In this document: piece after piece, positions 53,801 through 64,000 of the stretch
Layout: each line of letters begins with the position of its first letter
Position numbering within the stretch: the stretch's first letter is position 1
NCBI GenBank assembly: GCA_964016885.1
Contig: OZ024742.1
Coordinates: 366,668,001 to 366,732,000, forward strand
Origin: Eledone cirrhosa
Taxonomy: Eukaryota
Length of the DNA: 64,000 nt
Reading direction: 5' to 3'
Made by a program: the position numbers and the translations under genes
The notes under the pieces: generated by a model
Databases searched by the model: none
What the model was told of the DNA's origin: nothing
What the model saw: only the letters and a program-made list of their open reading frames with translations

Positions 53801-56800
53801 GACACTAGTGTTTCAACTGCCTACATTTAGCCAAAGTTATGTGACCAAGACACTAGTGTTTCAACTAAATACATTTAGCCAAAGTTATGTGACCAAGACA
53901 CTAGTGTTTCAACTGCCTACATTTAGCCAAAGTTATGTGACCAAGACACTAGTGTTTCAACTAAATACATTTAGCCAAAGTTATGTGACCAAGACACTAG
54001 TGTTTCAACTAACTATATTTCGCCAAAGTTATGTGAGCAAGACACTAGTGTTTCAACTGCCTACATTTAGCCAAAGTTATGTGACCAAGACACTAGTGTT
54101 TCAACTGCCTACATTTACCCAAAGTTATGTGACCAAGACACTAGTGTTTCAACTGCCTACATTTAGCCAAAGTTATGTGACCAAGACACTAGTGTTTCAA
54201 CTGCCTACATTTAGCCAAAGTTATGTGACCAAGACACTAGTGTTTCAACTAAATACATTTAGCCAAAGTTATGTGACCAAGACACAAGTGTTTCAACTAA
54301 CTACATTTAGCCAAAGTTATGTGACCAAGACACTAGTGTTTCAACTGCCTACATTTAGCCAAAGTTATGTGACCAAGACATTAGTGTTTCAATTATCTAT
54401 ATTTAGCCAAAGTTATGTGGCCAAGACACTAGTGTTTCAACTGCCTACATTTAGCCAAAGTTATGTGACCAAGACACTAGTGTTTCAACTGCCTACATTT
54501 AGCCAAAGTTATGTGACCAAGCCACTAGTGTTTCAACTAAATACATTTAGCCAAAGTTATGTGAACAAGACACTAGTGTTTCAACTAACTACATTTAGCC
54601 AAAGTTATGTGACCAAGACACTAGTGTTTCAACTGCCTACATTTAGTCAAAGTTATGTGACCAAGACACTAGTGTTTCAACTACCTACATTTAGCCAAAG
54701 TTATGTGACCAAGACACTAGTGTTTCAACTAACTACATTTAGCCAAAGTTATGTGACCAAGACACTAGTGTTTCAACTAACTACATTTAGCCAAAGTTAT
54801 GTGACCAAGACACTAGTGTTTCAACTGCCTACATTTAGCCAAAGTTATGTGACCAAGACACTAGTGTTTCAACTGCCTACATTTAGCCAAAGTTATGTGA
54901 CCAAGACACTTGTGTTTCAACTAAATACATTTAGCCAAAGTTATGTGACCAAGACACTAGTGTTTCAACTAACTACATTTAGCCAAAGTTATGTGACCAA
55001 GACACTAGTGTTTCAACTAAGTACATTTAGCCAAAGTTATGTGACCAAGACACTAGTGTTTCAACTACCTACATTTAGCCAAAGTTATGTGACCAAGACA
55101 CTAGTGTTTCAACTGCCTACATTTAGCCAAAGTTATGTGACCAAGACACTAGTGTTTCAACTGCCTACATTTAGCCAAAGTTATGTGACCAAGACACTAG
55201 TGTTTCAACTAACTACATTTAGCCAAATTTATGTGACCAAGACACTAGTGTTTCAACTAACTACATTTAGCCAAAGTTATGTGACCAAGACACTAGTGTT
55301 TCAACTGCCTACATTTAGCCAAAGTTATGTGACCAAGACACTAGTGTTTCAACTGCCTACATTTAGCCAACGTTATGTGACCAAGACACTAGTGTTTCAA
55401 CTACCTACATTTAGCAAAAGTTATGTGACCAAGACACTAGTGTTTCAAGTGCCTACATTTAGCCAAAGTTATGTGACCAAGACACTAGTGTTTCAAGTAA
55501 ATACATTTAGCCAAAGTTATGTGACCAAGACACTAGTGTTTCAACTGCCTACATTTAGCCAAAGTTATGTGACCAAGACACTAGTGTTTCAACTAAATAC
55601 ATTTAGCCAAAATTTTGTGACCAAGACACTAGTGTTTCAACTGCCTACATTTAGCCAAAGTTATGTGACCAAGACACTAGTGTTTCAAGTAAATACATTT
55701 AGCCAAAGTTATGTGAGCAAGACACTAGTGTTTCAACTGCCTACATTTAGCCAAAGTTATGTGACCAAGACACTAGTGTTTCAACTAACTACATTTAGCC
55801 AAAGTTATGTGACCAAGACACTAGTGTTTCAACTAACTACATTTAGCCAAAGTTATGTGACCAAGACACTAGTGTTTCAACTAACTACATTTAGCCAAAG
55901 TTATGTGACCAAGACACTAGTGTTTCAACTAAATACATTTTGCCAAAGTTATGTGACCAAGCCACTAGTGTTTCAACTAAATACATTTAGCCAAAATTTT
56001 GTGACCAAGACACTAGTGTTTCAACTGCCTACATTTAGCCAAAGTTATGTGACCAAGACACTAGTGTTTCAAGTAAATACATTTAGCCAAAGTTATGTGA
56101 CCAAGACACTAGTGTTTCAACTAACTATATTTCGCCAAAGTTATGTGAGCAAGACACTAGTGTTTCAACTGCCTACATTTAGCCAAAGTTATGTGACCAA
56201 TACACTAGTGTTTCAACTAACTACATTTAGCCAAAGTTATGTGACCAAGACACTAGTGTTTCAACTGCCTACATTTAGCCAAAGTTATGTGACCAAGACA
56301 TTAGTGTTTCAATTATCAATATTTAGCCAAAGTTATGTGACCAAGACACTAGTGTTTCAACTGCCTACATTTAGCCAAAGTTATGTGACCAAGACACTAG
56401 TGTTTCAACTGCCTACATTTAGCCAAAGTTATGTGACCAAGACCCTAGTATTTCAACTGCCTACATTTAGCCAAAGTTATGTGACCAAGCCACTAGTGTT
56501 TCAACTAAATACATTTAGCCAAAGTTATGTGACCAAGACACTAGTGTTTCAACTAACTACATTTAGCCAAAGTTATGTGACCAAGACACTAGTGTTTCAA
56601 CTGCCTACATTTAGTCAAAGTTATGTGACCAAGACACTAGTGTTTCAACTACCTACATTTAGCCAAAGTTATGTGACCAAGACACTAGTGTTTCAACTAA
56701 CTACATTTAGCCAAACTTGTGTGATCAAGACACTAGTGTTTCAACTAACTACATTTAGCCAAAGTTATGTGTCCAAGACACTAGTGTTTCAACTGCCTAC

Positions 56801-59800
56801 ATTTAGCCAAAGTTATGTGACCAAGACACTAGTGTTTCAACTGCCTACATTTAGTCAAATTTATGTGACCAAGACACTAGTGTTTCAACTGCCTACATTT
56901 AGCCAAAGTTATGTGACCAAGACACTAGTGTTTCAACTAAATACATTTAGCCAAAGTTATGTGACCAAGACACTAGTGTTTCAACTGCCTACATTTAGCC
57001 AAAGTTATGTGACCAAGACACTAGTGTTTCAACTAAATACATTTAGCCAAAGTTATGTGACCAAGACACTAGTGTTTCAACTAACTATATTTCGCCAAAG
57101 TTATGTGAGCAAGACACTAGTGTTTCAACTGCCTACATTTAGCCAAAGTTATGTGACCAAGACACTAGTGTTTCAACTGCCTACATTTAGCCAAAGTTAT
57201 GTGACCAAGACACTAGTGTTTCAACTGCCTACATTTAGCCAAAGTTATGTGACCAAGACACTAGTGTTTCAACTGCCTACATTTAGCCAAAGTTATGTGA
57301 CCAAGACACTAGTGTTTCAACTAAATACATTTAGCCAAAGTTATGTGACCAAGACACAAGTGTTTCAACTAACTACATTTAGCCAAAGTTATGTGACCAA
57401 GACACTAGTGTTTCAACTGCCTACATTTAGCCAAAGTTATGTGACCAAGACATTAGTGTTTCAATTATCTATATTTAGCCAAAGTTATGTGGCCAAGACA
57501 CTAGTGTTTCAACTGCCTACATTTAGCCAAAGTTATGTGACCAAGACACTAGTGTTTCAACTGCCTACATTTAGCCAAAGTTATGTGACCAAGCCACTAG
57601 TGTTTCAACTAAATACATTTAGCCAAAGTTATGTGAACAAGACACTAGTGTTTCAACTAACTACATTTAGCCAAAGTTATGTGACCAAGACACTAGTGTT
57701 TCAACTGCCTACATTTAGTCAAAGTTATGTGACCAAGACACTAGTGTTTCAACTACCTACATTTAGCCAAAGTTATGTGACCAAGACACTAGTGTTTCAA
57801 CTAACTACATTTAGCCAAAGTTATGTGACCAAGACACTAGTGTTTCAACTAACTACATTTAGCCAAAGTTATGTGACCAAGACACTAGTGTTTCAACTGC
57901 CTACATTTAGCCAAAGTTATGTGACCAAGACACTAGTGTTTCAACTGCCTACATTTAGCCAAAGTTATGTGACCAAGACACTTGTGTTTCAACTAAATAC
58001 ATTTAGCCAAAGTTATGTGACCAAGACACTAGTGTTTCAACTAACTACATTTAGCCAAAGTTATGTGACCAAGACACTAGTGTTTCAACTAAGTACATTT
58101 AGCCAAAGTTATGTGACCAAGACACTAGTGTTTCAACTACCTACATTTAGCCAAAGTTATGTGACCAAGACACTAGTGTTTCAACTGCCTACATTTAGCC
58201 AAAGTTATGTGACCAAGACACTAGTGTTTCAACTGCCTACATTTAGCCAAAGTTATGTGACCAAGACACTAGTGTTTCAACTAACTACATTTAGCCAAAT
58301 TTATGTGACCAAGACACTAGTGTTTCAACTAACTACATTTAGCCAAAGTTATGTGACCAAGACACTAGTGTTTCAACTGCCTACATTTAGCCAAAGTTAT
58401 GTGACCAAGACACTAGTGTTTCAACTAACTACATTTAGCCAAAGTTATGTGACCAAGACACTAGTGTTTCAACTAACTACATTTAGCCAAAGTTGTGTGA
58501 CCAAGACACTAGTGTTTCAACTAACTACATTTAGCCAAAGTGATGTGACCAAGACACTAGTGTTTCAACTAACTACATTTAGCCAAAGTGATGTGACCAA
58601 GACACTAGTGTTTCAACTAACTACATTTAGCCAAAGTTGTGTGACCAAGACACTAGTGTTTCAACTAACTACATTTAGCCAAAGTGATGTGACCAAGACA
58701 CTAGTGTTTCAACTGCCTACATTTAGCCAAAGTTATGTGACCAATACACTAGTGTTTCAACTGCCTACATTTAGCCAAAGTTATGTGACCAAGCCACTAG
58801 TGTTTCAACTAAATACATTTAGCCAAAGTTATGTGACCAAGACACTAGTGTTTCAACTAACTACATTTAGCCAAAGTTGTGTGACCAAGACACTAGTGTT
58901 TCAACTAACTACATTTAGCCAAAGTGATGTGACCAAGACACTAGTGTTTCAACTAACTACATTTAGCCAAAGTGATGTGACCAAGACACTAGTGTTTCAA
59001 CTAACTACATTTAGCCAAAGTTGTGTGACCAAGACACTAGTGTTTCAACTAACTACATTTAGCCAAAGTGATGTGACCAAGACACTAGTGTTTCAACTGC
59101 CTACATTTAGCCAAAGTTATGTGACCAAGACACTAGTGTTTCAACTGCCTACATTTAGCCAAAGTTATGTGACCAAGCCACTAGTGTTTCAACTAAATAC
59201 ATTTAGCCAAAGTTATGTGAACAAGACACTAGTGTTTCAACTAACTACATTTAGCCAAAGTTATGTGACCAAGACACTAGTGTTTCAACTGCCTACATTT
59301 AGTCAAAGTTATGTGACCAAGACACTAGTGTTTCAACTACCTACATTTAGCCAAAGTTATGTGACCAAGACACTAGTGTTTCAACTAACTACATTTAGCC
59401 AAAGTTATGTGACCAAGACACTAGTGTTTCAACTGCCTACATTTAGCCAAAGTTATGTGACCAAGACACTAGTGTTTCAACTAACTACATTTAGCCAAAG
59501 TTATGTGACCAAGACACTAGTGTTTCAACTGCCTACATTTAGCCAAAGTTATGTGACCAAGACACTAGTGTTTCAACTAACTACATTTAGCCAAAGTTAT
59601 GTGACCAAGACACTAGTGTTTCAACTAAGTACATTTAGCCAAAGTTATGTGACCAAGACACTAGTGTTTCAACTACCTACATTTAGCCAAAGTTATGTGA
59701 CCAAGACACTAGTGTTTCAACTGCCTACATTTAGCCAAAGTTATGTGACCAAGACACTAGTGTTTCAACTGCCTACATTTAGCCAAAGTTATGTGACCAA

Positions 59801-62800
59801 GACACTAGTGTTTCAACTAACTACATTTAGCCAAAGTTATGTGACCAAGACACTAGTGTTTCAACTAACTACATTTAGCCAAAGTTATGTGACCAAGACA
59901 CTAGTGTTTCAACTAACTACATTTAGCCAAAGTTATGTGACCAAGACACTAGTGTTTCAACTAACTACATTTAGCCAAAGTTATGTGACCAAGACACTAG
60001 TGTTTCAACTAACTACATTTAGCCAAAGTTATGTGACCAAGACACTAGTGTTTCAACTAACTACATTTAGCCAAAGTTATGTGACCAAGACACTAGTGTT
60101 TCAACTACCTACATTTAGCCAAAGTTATGTGACCAAGACACTAGTGTTTCAACTGCCTACATTTAGCCAAAGTTATGTGACCAAGACACTAGTGTTTCAA
60201 CTAACTACATTTAGCCAAAGTTATGTGACCAAGACACTAGTGTTTCAACTAACTACATTTAGCCAAAGTTATGTGACCAAGACACTAGTGTTTCAACTAA
60301 CTACATTTAGCCAAAGTTATGTGACCAAGACACTAGTGTTTCAACTAACTACATTTAGCCAAAGTTATGTGACCAAGACACTAGTGTTTCAACTAACTAC
60401 ATTTAGCCAAAGTTATGTGACCAAGACACTAGTGTTTCAACTGCCTACATTTAGCCAAATTTATGTGACCAAGACACTAGTGTTTCAACTGCCTACATTT
60501 AGCCAAAGTTATGTGACCAAGACACTTGTGTTTCAACTAAATACATTTAGCCAAAGTTATGTGACCAAGACACTAGTGTTTCAACTACCTACATTTAGCC
60601 AAAGTTATGTGACCAAGACACTAGTGTTTCAACTGCCTACATTTAGCCAAAGTTATGTGACCAAGACACTAGTGTTTCAACTGCCTACATTTAGCCAAAG
60701 TTATGTGACCAAGACACTAGTGTTTCAACTAACTACATTTAGCCAAAGTTATGTGACCAAGACACTAGTGTTTCAACTAACTACATTTAGCCAAAGTTAT
60801 GTGACCAAGACACTAGTGTTTCAACTAACTACATTTAGCCAAAGTTATGTGACCAAGACACTAGTGTTTCAACTGCCTACATTTAGCCAAAGTTATGTGA
60901 CCAAGACACTAGTGTTTCAACTGCCTACATTTAGCCAAAGTTATGTGACCAAGACACTTGTGTTTCAACTAAATACATTTAGCCAAAGTTATGTGACCAA
61001 GACACTAGTGTTTCAACTAACTACATTTAGCCAAAGTTATGTGACCAAGACACTAGTGTTTCAACTAAGTACATTTAGCCAAAGTTATGTGACCAAGACA
61101 CTAGTGTTTCAACTACCTACATTTAGCCAAAGTTATGTGACCAAGACACTAGTGTTTCAACTGCCTACATTTAGCCAAAGTTATGTGACCAAGACACTAG
61201 TGTTTCAACTGCCTACATTTAGCCAAAGTTATGTGACCAAGACACTAGTGTTTCACCTAACTACATTTAGCCAAATTTATGTGACCAAGACACTAGTGTT
61301 TCAACTAACTACATTTAGCCAAAGTTATGTGACCAAGACACTAGTGTTTCAACTGCCTACATTTAGCCAAAGTTATGTGACCAAGACACTAGTGTTTCAA
61401 CTAACTACATTTAGCCAAAGTTATGTGACCAAGACACTAGTGTTTCAACTAACTACATTTAGCCAAAGTTGTGTGACCAAGACACTAGTGTTTCAACTAA
61501 CTACATTTAGCCAAAGTGATGTGACCAAGACACTAGTGTTTCAACTAACTACATTTAGCCAAAGTTGTGTGACCAAGACACTAGTGTTTCAACTGCCTAC
61601 ATTTAGCCAAAGTTATGTGACCAAGACATTAGTGTTTCAATTATCTATATTTAGCCAAAGTTATGTGGCCAAGACACTAGTGTTTCAACTGCCTACATTT
61701 AGCCAAAGTTATGTGACCAAGACACTAGTGTTTCAACTGCCTACATTTAGCCAAAGTTATGTGACCAAGCCACTAGTGTTTCAACTAAATACATTTAGCC
61801 AAAGTTATGTGAACAAGACACTAGTGTTTCAACTAACTACATTTAGCCAAAGTTATGTGACCAAGACACTAGTGTTTCAACTGCCTACATTTAGCCAAAG
61901 TTATGTGACCAAGACACTAGTGTTTCAACTAACTACATTTAGCCAAAGTTATGTGACCAAGACACTAGTGTTTCAACTAACTACATTTAGCCAAAGTTGT
62001 GTGACCAAGACACTAGTGTTTCAACTAACTACATTTAGCCAAAGTGATGTGACCAAGACACTAGTGTTTCAACTAACTACATTTAGCCAAAGTTGTGTGA
62101 CCAAGACACTAGTGTTTCAACTGCCTACATTTAGCCAAAGTTATGTGACCAAGACATTAGTGTTTCAATTATCTATATTTAGCCAAAGTTATGTGGCCAA
62201 GACACTAGTGTTTCAACTGCCTACATTTAGCCAAAGTTATGTGACCAAGACACTAGTGTTTCAACTGCCTACATTTAGCCAAAGTTATGTGACCAAGCCA
62301 CTAGTGTTTCAACTAAATACATTTAGCCAAAGTTATGTGAACAAGACACTAGTGTTTCAACTAACTACATTTAGCCAAAGTTATGTGACCAAGACACTAG
62401 TGTTTCAACTGCCTACATTTAGCCAAAGTTATGTGACCAAGACACTAGTGTTTCAACTAACTACATTTAGCCAAAGTTATGTGACCAAGACACTAGTGTT
62501 TCAACTAACTACATTTAGCCAAAGTTGTGTGACCAAGACACTAGTGTTTCAACTAACTACATTTAGCCAAAGTGATGTGACCAAGACACTAGTGTTTCAA
62601 CTAACTACATTTAGCCAAAGTTGTGTGACCAAGACACTAGTGTTTCAACTGCCTACATTTAGCCAAAGTTATGTGACCAAGACATTAGTGTTTCAATTAT
62701 CTATATTTAGCCAAAGTTATGTGGCCAAGACACTAGTGTTTCAACTGCCTACATTTAGCCAAAGTTATGTGACCAAGACACTAGTGTTTCAACTGCCTAC

Positions 62801-64000
62801 ATTTAGCCAAAGTTATGTGACCAAGCCACTAGTGTTTCAACTAAATACATTTAGCCAAAGTTATGTGAACAAGACACTAGTGTTTCAACTAACTACATTT
62901 AGCCAAAGTTATGTGACCAAGACACTAGTGTTTCAACTGCCTACATTTAGCCAAAGTTATGTGACCAAGACACTAGTGTTTCAACTAACTACATTTAGCC
63001 AAAGTTATGTGACCAAGACACTGGTGTTTCAACTAACTACATTTAGCCAAAGTTGTGTGACCAAGACACTAGTGTTTCAACTAACTACATTTAGCCAAAG
63101 TGATGTGACCAAGACACTAGTGTTTCAACTAACTACATTTAGCCAAAGTTGTGTGACCAAGACACTAGTGTTTCAACTGCCTACATTTAGCCAAAGTTAT
63201 GTGACCAAGACATTAGTGTTTCAATTATCTATATTTAGCCAAAGTTATGTGGCCAAGACACTAGTGTTTCAACTGCCTACATTTAGCCAAAGTTATGTGA
63301 CCAAGACACTAGTGTTTCAACTGCCTACATTTAGCCAAAGTTATGTGACCAAGCCACTAGTGTTTCAACTAAATACATTTAGCCAAAGTTATGTGAACAA
63401 GACACTAGTGTTTCAACTAACTACATTTAGCCAAAGTTATGTGACCAAGACACTAGTGTTTCAACTGCCTACATTTAGCCAAAGTTATGTGACCAAGACA
63501 CTAGTGTTTCAACTAACTACATTTAGCCAAAGTTATGTGACCAAGACACTAGTGTTTCAACTAACTACATTTAGCCAAAGTTGTGTGACCAAGACACTAG
63601 TGTTTCAACTAACTACATTTAGCCAAAGTGATGTGACCAAGACACTAGTGTTTCAACTAACTACATTTAGCCAAAGTTGTGTGACCAAGACACTAGTGTT
63701 TCAACTGCCTACATTTAGCCAAAGTTATGTGACCAAGACACTAGTGTTTCAACTGCCTACATTTAGCCAAAGTTATGTGACCAAGCCACTAGTGTTTCAA
63801 CTAAATACATTTAGCCAAAGTTATGTGAACAAGACACTAGTGTTTCAACTAACTACATTTAGCCAAAGTTATGTGACCAAGACACTAGTGTTTCAACTGC
63901 CTACATTTAGCCAAAGTTATGTGACCAAGACACTAGTGTTTCAACTAACTACATTTAGCCAAAGTTATGTGACCAAGACACTAGTGTTTCAACTAACTAC
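29825..64000. repeat. 48-bp satellite array, >34 kb (~710 units), running off the window
   Basis: Consensus TTTAGCCAAAGTTATGTGACCAAGACACTAGTGTTTCAACTGCCTACA. Phase is preserved except for a 1-bp insertion near 33061. Confidence 0.99.

Noticed and set aside
29840-64000. Giant ORFs of the 16-aa repeat TKTLVFQLPTFSQSYV, apparently open from ~50.8 kb to the window end
   Set aside because: This follows from a 48-bp unit with one stop-free frame. Stop variants recur and were themselves amplified, there is a frameshift near 33061, and there is no unique domain or evident splice context. RNA or peptide evidence would be needed.
29825-64000. CRISPR-like appearance (constant palindromic repeat plus variable slot)
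   Set aside because: The variable part is ~6 nt drawn from a few recurring alleles, not unique spacers. There are no cas genes and the context is eukaryotic.

Overview
Eukaryotic, repeat-only DNA with no recognisable host gene. The SINE families resemble, from memory, those of octopod cephalopods, so the taxon is an inference. Bases 1-29.8 kb are a mosaic of tRNA-derived SINEs, Helitron-like composites, two 5'-truncated CR1-group LINEs and an LTR+PBS fragment. They also hold four Penelope-like non-coding elements with hammerhead ribozyme (HHR) motifs, three of them fold-back. Most of these elements sit within very long, structured (TA)n tracts. A 5.9-kb 25/28-bp minisatellite (4.37-10.24 kb) has expanded inside a CORE-type SINE. 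From 29.8 kb to the window end there is a 34-kb, 48-bp satellite with nested higher-order repeats; its minus strand resembles a decayed minimal hammerhead. The only credible protein-coding sequences are LINE ORF2 remnants. The other long ORFs are repeat artefacts.
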